Assembly: GCA_965208105.1 (NCBI GenBank)
Contig: OZ242318.1
Coordinates: 96,001-160,000, forward strand
Length of the DNA stretch: 64,000 nt
Direction of reading: 5' to 3'
DNA from: Candidatus Latescibacterota bacterium
Lineage (GTDB): Bacteria; Latescibacterota; UBA2968; UBA8231
Below are positions 12,297 to 22,705 of the stretch, piece after piece. Made by a program: the position numbers and the translations under genes. Position 1 is the first letter of the stretch; the number at the start of each line of letters is the position of its first letter. The notes beneath the pieces were generated by a model. That model was not told where the DNA came from. It saw only the letters and a program-made list of their open reading frames with translations, and ran no database searches.

Positions 12297-14543
12297 TCAG
12301 GCGGGTTCGAGTTGAGCGTAGGCCACGGCCACCCGCTTGAGTTGGTTGCCTTTGAAGCGGATGGACAGTTTCATGTCCGCGCCGCTGCCCTCGCGGGAAA
12401 CGATTACTCCACGGCCCCAATGTGGGTGAAGGACCCACTTGCCCACCGCGAGGAAGTCGTCCACATATTCGTCAATTCCCGGTTCCAGGTGGGTGACGGA
12501 GGCGGGATCTTCCAATTCGTAGTGCCATCCTTCGCGAACCGGTCCGGGCCTCGAGGCTGCAGTTCTGCGGCTGCCGGAGGATCTGTCCCCGTACCATTCC
12601 GCGCGCAGCTCCGTCTTGCTGGTCAGGTCCTCGGGCACCTCGGCCAGGAAACGGGAGGATTCGGTTTCGATCAGGTTGCCGTAGGCGAAGCGCCGGCAGG
12701 CCCGGAGCAGGTGGAGGCGATTCCGGGCGCGGGTGATGCCCACGTAAAACAGGCGGCGCTCCTCCTCTATCGCCAGGGGATTGTCGCGGCTCTCCTCGAC
12801 CGCTCTGGAGGTGGGGAAGAGCCCCTCCTCCAGGCCGCAGATGAAGACCAGCGGAAACTCCAGCCCCTTGGCGCTGTGCAGGGTCATAAGGGTGAGGGCG
12901 TTGCTGGAATCGGTGGTTTCGTCGACGGGGGACATCAGGGATTTCTCTTCGAGGAAGGCGGACAGGGTTGGGTCCTCGGCGGTTTGACCGAACTCGGCCA
13001 TGTCGGCGAGGAGCTGATCGATGTTCTGCTCCCGCCCTTCTGCTTCGGGGCTGCCCTCGTCCACCAGCATCTTCCGGTATTGGGTGCGCTCGAACACCTC
13101 TTCCCCCAGGGTCGATATATCCACCTCGTCTTTGAGCATGGCGAGTCCATGGAGCAGCGCGCCAAAGGACTCCAGGTTTTTGCGAGACCTGGAGTTGAGC
13201 CCCGGGACCCGGTCGAGCTCAGCAAGAGCGGCGAAGAGGCTTATCCCGCGATGCCGGGCATGCTGTGCCATTCGCTCCATCGAGACAGAGCCGATTCCCC
13301 GCCTGGGGGTGTTGGCTATGCGCACCAGGCTGATGTCGTCGGCCGGGTTGACCAGGAGGCGGAGATAGGCAAGGATGTCCTTGATTTCCTTGCGCTCGTA
13401 GAAGCGCACTCCCCCGATGATAACGTAATCCATGCCGGCTCTTTGCAGCTCTTCCTCGAGAGCCCTGGACTGGGCATTGGTTCGGTAGAGGACGGCGGCG
13501 TCGGCCGGAGCATAGCCTTCCTTCCAGGTCAGGTCGCGCAGGGTGTCCACGACATGGCGCGCCTCGCAACGATCGGTGGAGCACTCTGTGACCTCGATGG
13601 GTTCGCCCAACTCGCTCTCTGTCCACAGGGTTTTGCCCTTGCGGTCGAGGTTGTTGAGAATGACCGCGTTGGCCGCGGCGAGAATGCGCCCCGTGGAGCG
13701 ATAGTTCTGCTCCAGGCGCACCACCCGGGTCTCCGGGTAATCCCGTTCGAAGTCGAGAATGTTCCGTAAATCCGCTCCCCTGAACTGGTAGATGGACTGA
13801 TCGTCGTCCCCTACGCAGCAGATGTTGTGGTGAGTGGCGGCGAGTTGGCGGGAGAGCAGGTACTGCGGACGGTTGGTGTCCTGGTATTCGTCGATCAGAA
13901 TGAATTTGAACCGTTCCTGGTACTTGGCCAGGATATGGCCATGACGCCCGAACTGCTGCACGAGCTTCACGAGCAGATCGTCGAAGTCGAAGGCATGATG
14001 CCGGCGCAACTCGGCTTCGTAGGCCGCGTAGATTTCGGCTACTCGCTTCTCGTGCGGGGAACTCTCCTCCCGGGCAAAGTGCTCCGGATCGATCATGGCG
14101 TTCTTTGCCCGGCTGATTCGGGAGATCAGAGCGCGCGGCGCCAGGTCTTCTTCGGCGATGTCGAGGGCCTTCAACAGGCGGCGCATCAACGCCCGCCTGT
14201 CGTCCTCGTCGTAGATGCTGAAATCGGCTTCGATTCCGAAACCATTTGCTTCAAAGCGAAGGAGACGGGCACAGATGGAGTGAAAGGTGCCCATCCAGAT
14301 GGATGTTGCCGCACTGCCGACCAGTTGCTCCACGCGCTCGCGCATCTCTCCGGCTGCCTTGTTGGTAAAGGTCACGGCCAGGATGTTCCATGGAGGGACG
14401 CCGATTTCTTCGACCAGGTAGGCTATGCGATGGGTGAGGACCCGGGTTTTTCCGGCGCCGGCCCCGGCCAGGACGAGGAGTGGGCCGTCCACAATTTCGG
14501 CAGCCTGGCGCTGGGCGTTATTGAGCCTGTCGAGGATGGCCAT
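12297..14543 (-). CDS. pcrA: ATP-dependent DNA helicase PcrA/UvrD
   Basis: LAGAGAGKTRVL, VTFTNKAA, DEYQDTN, VGDDDQSIY, TLHSAKGLEF, EEERRLFYVGITRA. Confidence 0.95.
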   Translation of the reverse strand: MAILDRLNNAQRQAAEIVDGPLLVLAGAGAGKTRVLTHRIAYLVEEIGVPPWNILAVTFTNKAAGEMRERVEQLVGSAATSIWMGTFHSICARLLRFEANGFGIEADFSIYDEDDRRALMRRLLKALDIAEEDLAPRALISRISRAKNAMIDPEHFAREESSPHEKRVAEIYAAYEAELRRHHAFDFDDLLVKLVQQFGRHGHILAKYQERFKFILIDEYQDTNRPQYLLSRQLAATHHNICCVGDDDQSIYQFRGADLRNILDFERDYPETRVVRLEQNYRSTGRILAAANAVILNNLDRKGKTLWTESELGEPIEVTECSTDRCEARHVVDTLRDLTWKEGYAPADAAVLYRTNAQSRALEEELQRAGMDYVIIGGVRFYERKEIKDILAYLRLLVNPADDISLVRIANTPRRGIGSVSMERMAQHARHRGISLFAALAELDRVPGLNSRSRKNLESFGALLHGLAMLKDEVDISTLGEEVFERTQYRKMLVDEGSPEAEGREQNIDQLLADMAEFGQTAEDPTLSAFLEEKSLMSPVDETTDSSNALTLMTLHSAKGLEFPLVFICGLEEGLFPTSRAVEESRDNPLAIEEERRLFYVGITRARNRLHLLRACRRFAYGNLIETESSRFLAEVPEDLTSKTELRAEWYGDRSSGSRRTAASRPGPVREGWHYELEDPASVTHLEPGIDEYVDDFLAVGKWVLHPHWGRGVIVSREGSGADMKLSIRFKGNQLKRVAVAYAQLEPA

Positions 14544-14567
14544 GGAGGATTTCCGTTGGAGATGGAT

Positions 14568-15599
14568 TCAGGGAGTCTGCCGCGACGGGGCGCGCCTCCC
14601 CGCGAACCTCAGGCTGCGTTTGGCCCGCTCGTGTTCTTCGTTCGTGCGGCTGAAGATGTGTTCGCCGTCGCCGCGGGCCACGAAGTAAAGGTAGTCGGTC
14701 TCTGCCGGATAGAGGATCGCCAGAATGGAGGCCAGGCCGGGGTTGCTTATGGGGCCGGGGGGAAGGCCGTGGTGGCGGTAGGTATTGAAGGGAGAATCCA
14801 CCAGCAGATCCGCATTGGTGAGTCTCTTCTTGCGCACGCCGAGGGCATATTCGATGGTGGCGCAGGATTCGAGGCGGCGGTTGTAGGCGAGGCGGCGCTG
14901 GAAGACGGCTGAAATGAGGGGTCTTTCCGCCTCCACCCTGGCCTCGCGCTCGACGATGGAAGCCAGGATGACAACCTCTTGGAGGGTAAGCTCGAGGCGG
15001 TCCAGCCGAACGTGGAAGGAGTCGGCGAAGACCTTGTTGAACTCCTCGACCATCAGCCTGATTGCGTCTGCTTCGGTGATTTCCACATCGAAGAAATAGG
15101 TCTCGGGAAACAGATAGCCTTCGAGGGAGGGCGCATTAATGCCGAGATGCCGAATGAGATTCTGATCCTGGCTGAGGGCGACGAAGCGGGCGGAATCGAG
15201 CCCCGCGTCGCGCTGCAGCAGGCCGGCCACCTCTCGGCGGGTCAGACCTTCGGGAATGGTGATGCGCTGAAACCGGACAGGCGCCTCGAGCAATTCCCTG
15301 ATGATCCCGAACACGTCGCTGGTTCCGCTGAGGTGGTAGGTACCTGCCTCGAGATGGTGGGCATGGCCCTTCAGCCGGGCGGTCCATTCGAAGACGCGAG
15401 CGCTGCGGATGATACCTTCGCCTTCCAGCAGGGCGCCGATCCGCCTCGCGCTCATGCCGGGTTGAATATTGATCTCCCGGGTGGCGGAATTGTGGGTAGG
15501 CCGGGTCAGGGACCACCAGGCCGCGGCTGGAGCGAGCAGAAGAAAAAGAGAGGCGAGGCCGAAGTACAGGAGACGGGTGAAGGAAGGGATGGCAGCCAT
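14568..15599 (-). CDS. mltG: Endolytic transglycosylase MltG
   Basis: N-terminal TM helix, TIPEG, LEGYLFPETY, LASIVERE, SPFNTY..GLPPGPISNPG, YLYFVA. Confidence 0.93.
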   Translation of the reverse strand: MAAIPSFTRLLYFGLASLFLLLAPAAAWWSLTRPTHNSATREINIQPGMSARRIGALLEGEGIIRSARVFEWTARLKGHAHHLEAGTYHLSGTSDVFGIIRELLEAPVRFQRITIPEGLTRREVAGLLQRDAGLDSARFVALSQDQNLIRHLGINAPSLEGYLFPETYFFDVEITEADAIRLMVEEFNKVFADSFHVRLDRLELTLQEVVILASIVEREARVEAERPLISAVFQRRLAYNRRLESCATIEYALGVRKKRLTNADLLVDSPFNTYRHHGLPPGPISNPGLASILAILYPAETDYLYFVARGDGEHIFSRTNEEHERAKRSLRFAGRRAPSRQTP

Positions 15600-15786
15600 G
15601 AATATCCTTGAAGTAATGGGGAGCCCGGGATGGTGTCAACCCTTGCCGGGGGCGTTGCGCTTGGCAGCCGTATGTTCTTGACGGAATTGGGGATTACATC
15701 TATTTTGGCTCCGTTGTCCCGCCAATCCCGCTCACCGCGCACGCGAACGGCCCGATCCACTTCCTCCCAGGCCAGCCGAGGCGACC

Positions 15787-16749
15787 TTGTCCGATCCCCA
15801 GGCTCTCATAAGCATCTCCCGAATCTCCCACACCTTTCCCGGAACCAGAAAGGTGCCTCCGCGCAAAGCATTGGAGGATGTCAGTCTGGCTATTGGCGAG
15901 GGTGAAGCAGTGGCCTTTCTCGGCCCTAACGGCAGCGGCAAGTCGACCCTGTTGAAGATCCTCACGACCTCCCTGCGGCCAACCTCCGGCTCGGTCAGGG
16001 TCGGCAGCCTGAAATTGCCCGGGGACAGCCTGGCGGTGCGCCGTCTCCTCGGAGTGGTGTTCCAAAAGCCGGCCCTGGATATTCGCATGACCGTGGCCGA
16101 GAACCTGATGGCGGCCGGGTTGCTCCACGGCATGTCCCTCGCCAGGGCGAGGAATGCCATGGAGAGGATCCTGGTGGAGGTAGAACTTCTCGAGCGCCGC
16201 GACGAACGGGTGGGGAAGCTGTCGAGCGGGTTGGCGAGGCGGGTGGAGCTGGCCAAGGCCCTGTTGCCCGGGCCACGGATTCTCGTGCTGGACGAACCCA
16301 CGGCCGGGTTGGATCCAGTGGCCAGGAATGAGTTCTGGGGGCGGCTGGAGCGGTTGAGGGAGCTCCAGAAACTTACGGTCGTGGCCTCTACCCACCTCAT
16401 GGACGAGGCGGAACGCTGCAACCGGGTAGCTGTCCTTCACCGCGGTGAGCTGCTGGCCTTCGACAGCCCCGAGAGGCTGCAGAGCGCGCTGGGAAGGCAG
16501 GTGCTGGTCATTCGCGCCGATGATCTGGAGCAGCTGCAGAGGGACCTGCGCGCCTTCTCGGGAAACGAAGGCCGGATCGCGGGCAATGCCCTGCGGCTGA
16601 CTCTGACCGAGCCTATCAGTCTCGACCCCCTGCTGGACCGGTTCAGGGACCGCATCAGCGCGCTCACCTTGTCCCATCCCTCCCTGGACGACGTTTTCGT
16701 TCACTATACCGGTGAACATCTCAATTCGCGCCAAGGCAAGTCCTCGTGA
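15787..16749 (+). CDS. ABC-2 type exporter ATP-binding subunit
   Basis: GPNGSGKST, LSSG signature, LVLDEPTAGLD, STH. Confidence 0.92.
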   Translation: MSDPQALISISRISHTFPGTRKVPPRKALEDVSLAIGEGEAVAFLGPNGSGKSTLLKILTTSLRPTSGSVRVGSLKLPGDSLAVRRLLGVVFQKPALDIRMTVAENLMAAGLLHGMSLARARNAMERILVEVELLERRDERVGKLSSGLARRVELAKALLPGPRILVLDEPTAGLDPVARNEFWGRLERLRELQKLTVVASTHLMDEAERCNRVAVLHRGELLAFDSPERLQSALGRQVLVIRADDLEQLQRDLRAFSGNEGRIAGNALRLTLTEPISLDPLLDRFRDRISALTLSHPSLDDVFVHYTGEHLNSRQGKSS

Positions 16750-17510
16750 CGGGAATGGTCGTCCTGGCCTGGCGCGAACTGTTGCATTTCTTCCGCCAAC
16801 CACTCCGCCTCCTGGGTAGCCTGGCCCAGCCGCTCATGCTCTGGCTGCTGATGGGGTCGGGATTTGCCGAGAGCTTCAGGCCGGCGAGCGATGACCTGAA
16901 CTACAGCGAGTTCTTCTATCCCGGCATCGTGCTGATGCTTCTGCTTTTTGCGGGGATATTCTCCACCATCACCCTGATAGAAGATCGCAGTGCAGGTTTC
17001 CTCCAGGGAGTCATGGTGGCACCTGTATCGAGCCTTAGCCTGGTGCTGGGAAAGCTGGTCGGCGGGTCCGCCATCGCCCTGATACAGTCCATCATCTTTC
17101 TGCTGCTGGCGCCGCTTGCAGGTTTCGACCTCAGCCTCGACATGGTCCTGCACCTGGTCCTGCTGTTTGCTCTGGTCGGACTGGGGTTTACCGGGTTCGG
17201 ATTCATCGTGGCCTGGACCATGGAGACCGTGGCAGGATACCACGCGGTCATGAGTGTGGTGATGATACCGCTGTGGTTGCTGTCAGGGGCCTTGTTTCCG
17301 CTCGAAAGCTCCTCGGCATGGCTGCGGTTGGTGATGCTCTTCAATCCGATCACCTATACGATGCAGACGATCAGGGGTGCTTTCTACGAGCCGCTCTCCG
17401 TCCTCTACAGCAGTCCCGATTTTCTCTTCGCCTTGGCGGTCACCGCAATGTGGACCCTGATCTGCATCGCGGTGGCGGTGGGGATCGCGGCGAAAAGGGC
17501 GCCGGCCTGA
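16746..17510 (+). CDS. ABC-2 type exporter permease
   Basis: About 6 TM segments, ED R..GFL..VAP, LSGALFP, NPITY; GTGA overlap with the ATPase. Confidence 0.9.
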   Translation: MTGMVVLAWRELLHFFRQPLRLLGSLAQPLMLWLLMGSGFAESFRPASDDLNYSEFFYPGIVLMLLLFAGIFSTITLIEDRSAGFLQGVMVAPVSSLSLVLGKLVGGSAIALIQSIIFLLLAPLAGFDLSLDMVLHLVLLFALVGLGFTGFGFIVAWTMETVAGYHAVMSVVMIPLWLLSGALFPLESSSAWLRLVMLFNPITYTMQTIRGAFYEPLSVLYSSPDFLFALAVTAMWTLICIAVAVGIAAKRAPA

Positions 17511-17512
17511 TC

Positions 17513-17935
17513 CTACAAGTGATAGAGCATGATGTAGATGACCACCCCACTGCAGGAGACGAACATCCACACGGGCCAGACCCAGCGGGTCAGACGCTTG
17601 TGCTTGTCGAATGCTTTCCGCCAGGCGTGCCAGACGGCCGCGAGGATGAAGGGGCCCATGACCGCGGCCAGGACGATGTGCGGAATGAGGATGGCGAAGT
17701 AGAGAGGGCGGGTCCAGTCGTGGCGGGAATAGGGGACGGATCCGACCGAGTAGTGATAGGCGAGATAGGAAATCAGGAAGAGCGCCGAGAAGGACAGTGC
17801 GGTCACCATGCAGCGCCTGTGGCCAATGAAATCGTCCCTGCGGATGCGCAGGTAGCCCAGGATCAGAAAGAGGGCCGCAAGGAGGTTCAGGCAGGCGTTC
17901 AGGGCAGGTAGTTGAGATAGAATTGCTGTTTGCAA
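17513..17935 (-). CDS. DUF420 (CtaM/YozB-like) membrane protein
   Basis: LPALNA.LN, H..CM, FL.SYL.YH, H..LA, H..L.RW..P.W..VS..GV..Y.MLY. Confidence 0.85.
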   Translation of the reverse strand: MQTAILSQLPALNACLNLLAALFLILGYLRIRRDDFIGHRRCMVTALSFSALFLISYLAYHYSVGSVPYSRHDWTRPLYFAILIPHIVLAAVMGPFILAAVWHAWRKAFDKHKRLTRWVWPVWMFVSCSGVVIYIMLYHL

Positions 17936-18106
17936 AATCGCGAGTGGAATTCCTCCGGGATCGGGAATATTTGGCTCGAGGCCGCCAAAAGATAGCCAAA
18001 CGCGGTCAAAGGGCCAGAGGATTGGTCAAGGCGCGGAATGATTGGCAGGCTTGAGAACGGCAGGGGTAGGGGAGAAATCGCTTCCAGGGGAGAGGCGGCG
18101 GTCCCC

Positions 18107-18272
18107 TAGTGTCCCGTCGCAGAAATATGTCGCCATTATTCCGCCGATCCATCCCGGCTCACGGCGTTGCCTTCACTCGCCGTACACCACTGGTACGACT
18201 TGCTCAGGCGCCTTGTGAGCCGGGCGCCTCGGCGGCCCAATTTCGTCAACCTATCTCTGCGACGGAACACTA
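18107..18272. repeat. Structured 166-bp MITE-like repeat, copy 1
   Basis: TAGTGTCCCGTCGCAGAAATA...TATCTCTGCGACGGAACACTA; near-identical to 30544-30709 and 40196-40361. Confidence 0.92.
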
Positions 18273-18281
18273 TATCAAGAG

Positions 18282-19478
18282 GTGCTTTTGAAGAATCCAA
18301 TATCCGAGTGGAATCGCGACTTTCGCCTGCTGGCCCTCGCGGTTGCTTCCCAGGGCGTCTTTTTCGGCGTGCAGTTGACCTTGTTCAACAACTTCGTCGT
18401 CGATCGCCTGGGCATTGGAGCCCGGGAACTCGGATATGTGGAAGGCCTGCGCGAAGTCCCCGGTTTCATGAATGCGTTTTTCGTCGCCCTTATGGTGCGG
18501 TTCGCTCCACCCGCGGTCGCCGCGGTTTCTCTGATGGTGATGGGCGTTGGCATCATGGCCTATGCCGACGTCGATTCGGTCTTCCTGCTGGCGCTGTATT
18601 CTCTTGTGTGGAGCGTGGGATTCCATTGCTGGATCCCGATGGAGCAGTCGATGGCCCTGCTGTTTTCACCCCGGGGGAGGAAGGGGAAATGGTTGGGTCA
18701 GCTGCGCAGCGTGAACAGCGTTGCATGGCTGTTTTCCATCGTGATCTGCAGGCTGGTCTACGATTTCATCGGTTACAACGGACTCTTCCTCCTGGCTGGC
18801 GCGGCGACCTTCGCCGGGGGGTTCGCAATTTATTTCGCATCGAACAGGCGCCCCTCGAGGGAGCGTGGATTCGTGTTCAAGCGCCGCTACGGCCTCTACT
18901 ACCTGCTGAATTTTCTCCAGGGCCTGCGCAAGCAGATGTTCATTACCTTCGCGATTTTCGCCCTTGTGAAGGTCCACGGAATGCCCGTGCACACCACCAT
19001 GGTCCTCGTGTTCGTCAACCAGGTCCTGATCACCCTTACAGCTCCCGCCGTGGGAAGAATGATCGACCTTTACGGCGAACGCCGGGCCCTTTCGTGCAGC
19101 TATATCGGCCTGGCCTGCGTGTTTTTCGGATACGCGGTGGTGACTCATCGCCCTACCCTTTACGCGCTCTACTGCATAGACAATATCCTCTTCTTCGGCG
19201 GCATCGCCCTGACGACCTATCTGCACAAGATTGCTCCGGAGGAAGACCTCAAACCGACCATTGCCATGGGGGTGACGATGAACCACGTCGCCTCGGTGGC
19301 CGCTCCTCTCCTGGGAGGAATCGCCTGGCACTTGTTCGGCTACAGGGTGATTTTCTTCGCAGGAGCAGTCCTGGCGCTCATCTCGCTGGTAGTGAGTCAA
19401 TGGATCGACCCTGAAGGCCGGCGCCAGGGCGGGAATGGTGAGGTTTTCAAGCGGGTGCCGGGGAGGCCGAGTCCTTGA
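18282..19478 (+). CDS. MFS transporter
   Basis: About 12 hydrophobic segments; G..ID.YGERR loop motif. Confidence 0.85.
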   Translation: MLLKNPISEWNRDFRLLALAVASQGVFFGVQLTLFNNFVVDRLGIGARELGYVEGLREVPGFMNAFFVALMVRFAPPAVAAVSLMVMGVGIMAYADVDSVFLLALYSLVWSVGFHCWIPMEQSMALLFSPRGRKGKWLGQLRSVNSVAWLFSIVICRLVYDFIGYNGLFLLAGAATFAGGFAIYFASNRRPSRERGFVFKRRYGLYYLLNFLQGLRKQMFITFAIFALVKVHGMPVHTTMVLVFVNQVLITLTAPAVGRMIDLYGERRALSCSYIGLACVFFGYAVVTHRPTLYALYCIDNILFFGGIALTTYLHKIAPEEDLKPTIAMGVTMNHVASVAAPLLGGIAWHLFGYRVIFFAGAVLALISLVVSQWIDPEGRRQGGNGEVFKRVPGRPSP

Positions 19479-19528
19479 GGACCCGACCGCGAGTGCAGCG
19501 GCGGTCCCTTCTGCGGCAGGCGAAGTTC

Positions 19529-20647
19529 TCACCAGTCCTGCACGGAACCATCTTCCCGCCGCAGGTGTGTGTTTTCCCTGGGCGCGTAGGGGTGGGCGGC
19601 GGCGGCTTCTTCGTCCAGGTCGACCCCCAGTCCAGGTGAATCCGAAGGAATCAGATATCCTCCCTCCACCTGGTAGTCGTGCGGAGTTACATCATCCATC
19701 CAGCTCGGGGGAGGTCCATACTCCTGCACGGCGCAGTTGGGAATGGACATGTTCAGGTGCAGCATGGCCGCCGTGCCCACGTGGCTTCCGGTAAAGTGGG
19801 TGGCGAGTTCCTGGTAATGCACCTCCCCCATGGCAGCAATCTTTTTTCCCTCGGTGATCCCTCCGCTGTGGCAGATATCGACGCGGATATAGTCGATGAG
19901 CTCGGACTCGATGAGCTCGCGGAACGCCCACTTGGTCGGCAGTTGCTCGCCGGTGCCTATGGGGACGCTGGTTTGCCGCCTGAGGGTTGCAAACGAGGCC
20001 GGGTTTTCGGAGCGGATGGGGTCTTCGACGAAGAACGGGTGAAACTCTTCAACCGATCTGCACAGCTCGACCGCGCGGGGAGGAGACAGCCTGGTGTGCA
20101 CTTCGAGGATGACCTCGGGTTCGTCTCCTATTGCGCGGCGCAAGGCTCCGAGGTGCTCTATCCCGCGGCGGACCGCCTGTTGGGGATTGAAGCCTCCCTC
20201 GCAGCGAATCGGCGAGATGCGCAGAACCCGCCATCCATCGTCCATGAGGCGGTGAGCATCGTCGATCAGGCGCTCCGGAGGGCCTCCGCTGGTATGCCGG
20301 TAGCCCAGGACCTTGTCCCGGGCCGCTCCTCCCAGCAGGCGGTAGGTGGGCACGCCCAGGGCCCTTCCGGCAAGGTCCCATAGCGCGATATCGATCCCTG
20401 CCAGGGCGGACTGCAGCACGGGGCCGCCACGCCAGAAGGTGCCGCGGAAGACATCCTGCCAGATGAACTCGATGCGCGTGGCGTCCTGTCCTACCAACAG
20501 GGGCTCGATGTGTTTAAGCGCTTCGACCACCGCCATCGACCGGCCACTCAGGGATGCCTCGCCGATTCCGTGAATTCCTTCATCGGTGAGGATCTTTACG
20601 AAGACGAACTGGCCGACCGGAAAAATTCTGAGAGCTGAGATTTTCAT
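19529..20647 (-). CDS. Mandelate racemase/enolase-superfamily acid-sugar dehydratase (galactonate dehydratase-like)
   Basis: GIDIALWDL.G..LGVP.Y.LLGG, LEVH, FVEDP, TGE, H.GGITE; start MKISAL at 20647. Confidence 0.88.
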   Translation of the reverse strand: MKISALRIFPVGQFVFVKILTDEGIHGIGEASLSGRSMAVVEALKHIEPLLVGQDATRIEFIWQDVFRGTFWRGGPVLQSALAGIDIALWDLAGRALGVPTYRLLGGAARDKVLGYRHTSGGPPERLIDDAHRLMDDGWRVLRISPIRCEGGFNPQQAVRRGIEHLGALRRAIGDEPEVILEVHTRLSPPRAVELCRSVEEFHPFFVEDPIRSENPASFATLRRQTSVPIGTGEQLPTKWAFRELIESELIDYIRVDICHSGGITEGKKIAAMGEVHYQELATHFTGSHVGTAAMLHLNMSIPNCAVQEYGPPPSWMDDVTPHDYQVEGGYLIPSDSPGLGVDLDEEAAAAHPYAPRENTHLRREDGSVQDW

Positions 20648-20750
20648 GCCTGCTCCTGTACTCTGCGCCCCAGTGCCCCGGCTGGAGGACCGGCGGCTCA
20701 ATCTCTTGTGAAAAGTCCTCCCCCGGGGCGGGCAGGTGCGCCGAATCGGC

Positions 20751-21686
20751 CTACTGCAGTTGGGTGCGCCAGAACTCGAGAGCGCGGTCGAAGGTCGCGG
20801 CGGGAAGGGGGGGACCCTCCGCTGCGGAGAGGACCTCGTCCACCTGCTCTGCCGTACTCATGCCGGTAATGAGGCACGCGACGGCAGGGGAGGCCAGCAG
20901 GGCGCGCAGGGCGAAACCGGTCAGGGAGGTTCCGATCTCGTCGGCAAAGAATTCCTCGATTCTCCTGCGCTTTTCGTACTCGCCGCGGTAGAACTCGTTG
21001 TTGCGCCGGTCCCCGCTTTCCAGGGAGGGGAAGCTCCTGTGCCTGTCCGTCAGGATTCCGCCGTGAAGGGGACTGAATCCGAGGAAGGCCATATTGCGCT
21101 TCTCCAATTGCGGACAGTGGGAGGCGTAGTCCAGGCGGGCGAGGCTGCAAGGACCAATCAGGCCCGAGAAACGGCCGGTGGCGATGGCCGCGGATTTGCA
21201 CGAGGCGGGTGGAAAGGTCATCAGGCAGCCTGCCTTGCCCTCGGCGCGAAGCTGCTCGAAGGTGTCCACGACATCGTCGATGATCCGCCGCATGAGGGAC
21301 AGGGGATCTTCCCCGCTGCCCGGAGCGATGCGCCACATATACTGCAGAATGTGAATGCAGTCGGTCCGCAGCGCCCGCAGGTGGTCTTCGACGCGGCGGC
21401 GGAATTTCGACGCGGAGAAGAGGTTGTCGTCGTCGTGGTTGGGCACGTCCATCTTGATGATGTGCACCAGCTCCCTGCGCTGGGGCCACTCATCCAGCAC
21501 GCTGGCAAGCACGGGCCAGGTTCCATATTCAACGCAGGAGTGAATACAGGTCACCCCGCTCTCCAGGGCGCGCCTGAGGGCCCGTGCCTTCAGGGACGGG
21601 TCCTTGCGGGCATCGCTGCCGTACATCATCCCGAAGGAGATTGCCGAAACGTCGAGGTCGCTGCCCGGTATGCGGCGGTATTCCAT
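20751..21686 (-). CDS. Aldo/keto reductase-fold protein with atypical catalytic residues
   Basis: MEYRRIPGSDLDVSAISFG, L.AL.TD.I, L..EGK, FSPLHGG.LT, ITG..T.EQV. Confidence 0.8.
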   Translation of the reverse strand: MEYRRIPGSDLDVSAISFGMMYGSDARKDPSLKARALRRALESGVTCIHSCVEYGTWPVLASVLDEWPQRRELVHIIKMDVPNHDDDNLFSASKFRRRVEDHLRALRTDCIHILQYMWRIAPGSGEDPLSLMRRIIDDVVDTFEQLRAEGKAGCLMTFPPASCKSAAIATGRFSGLIGPCSLARLDYASHCPQLEKRNMAFLGFSPLHGGILTDRHRSFPSLESGDRRNNEFYRGEYEKRRRIEEFFADEIGTSLTGFALRALLASPAVACLITGMSTAEQVDEVLSAAEGPPLPAATFDRALEFWRTQLQ

Positions 21687-21702
21687 GCGAGGCTCTCCAG
21701 GT

Positions 21703-22578
21703 CTATGCGGGAAAGAAAGGTTGGCTCCAGCCCCGCTTGACGCCGCAGCCGGCCTCGACGCGGAAGTAGGCCAGGGCGGGCTGAGTGCGCCATTCCATGA
21801 CATTGTCTTCCACCTGGTGCAGCAGGCGCCCGTGGGGACCTATGACGCGGAGCTTATCGACTCGGGAATGGGCGAGAACGCGAAGTGTGTCTCCGTCGAG
21901 TACGATTTCCTCGAAACCCGGGGAGGTGGTGGCAAAGAAAGCGCCCGCCTTGAGCTGTTGGACGATCAGTTGCCAGGACAGGACCTCCTCCTCCTCAGAC
22001 ACCTGCACGCAGACCCAGCCGTGGCCGGGGGTGATGAAAGCGAAGTGGAAATCATCGGTGGCGATCCCCCAGATGCGGACACCGGCGGTCAGGATTTCGT
22101 CCCAAAGCGCGATATTGGCCGCCTCGTCGCATCCCCGCATCTCGCGCAGGCCGTTGAAGATCTCGATTGCATGCAGCTCGCCTGCAGCAGTGCGCACATT
22201 GGCGGGCCCGTTTGCGTACTGCTGCGGATGGCATGCGGCGACAAATCCTCCGTTCTTCCGCAGTGCCCTGGCGCGGCCCGCGAATGAATCCATGGGAGTC
22301 GGAGCTACCTTGTGCACGCCGATTTCGAGGATGTGGTCCGTTTCCCCGTTCTCCTCGCCGGGAACGAGAATCAGCCCGGCTTGTTCCTGCCAGGTCCGCC
22401 ACTGCTTCTCATCAGGAGCCATGTTGTGGTCCGTAACCGCCAGGAAGTCGTACCCGAAGCGGGAGAAAATTGGACCGCTCTCCGCAACGTCCATGAATCC
22501 ACTGCAGCAGGTATGGGCATGGAGGTTGCCGCGCAGCCAGCGCCTGGATGAAGAGTAGGGACTGAGGTACTCGCTCAT
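21703..22578 (-). CDS. PHP-domain (CehA/McbA-like) metallohydrolase
   Basis: W.RGNLHAHT, VTDHN, GEE, HP, IEIFN, TDDFH. Confidence 0.85.
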   Translation of the reverse strand: MSEYLSPYSSSRRWLRGNLHAHTCCSGFMDVAESGPIFSRFGYDFLAVTDHNMAPDEKQWRTWQEQAGLILVPGEENGETDHILEIGVHKVAPTPMDSFAGRARALRKNGGFVAACHPQQYANGPANVRTAAGELHAIEIFNGLREMRGCDEAANIALWDEILTAGVRIWGIATDDFHFAFITPGHGWVCVQVSEEEEVLSWQLIVQQLKAGAFFATTSPGFEEIVLDGDTLRVLAHSRVDKLRVIGPHGRLLHQVEDNVMEWRTQPALAYFRVEAGCGVKRGWSQPFFPA

Positions 22579-22705
22579 TGCGGGTAGATTCGCCGTGGTG
22601 GAGATGGCCTCGAGGGCTGCAGGTGGAAAGGGATTGCCGATGGCAGTTCCGGTTCAGGGGAGAACCGGCTGCGGTCATCGACCCTGTGGGCAGGGGAGGG
22701 CAGAA

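Noticed and set aside
15787-17935. ABC exporter + DUF420 as a cytochrome oxidase assembly cluster
   Set aside because: No ctaA/ctaB, SCO or oxidase subunits adjacent and the genes are convergent, so it cannot be supported here
18109-18291. Short ORFs translated from the repeat (also 40256-40456, 40225-40425 and the start of 45378-46721: 'LPSLAVH...YDSLRRL')
   Set aside because: Artefacts of the repeated non-coding element; the frames differ and end differently among copies
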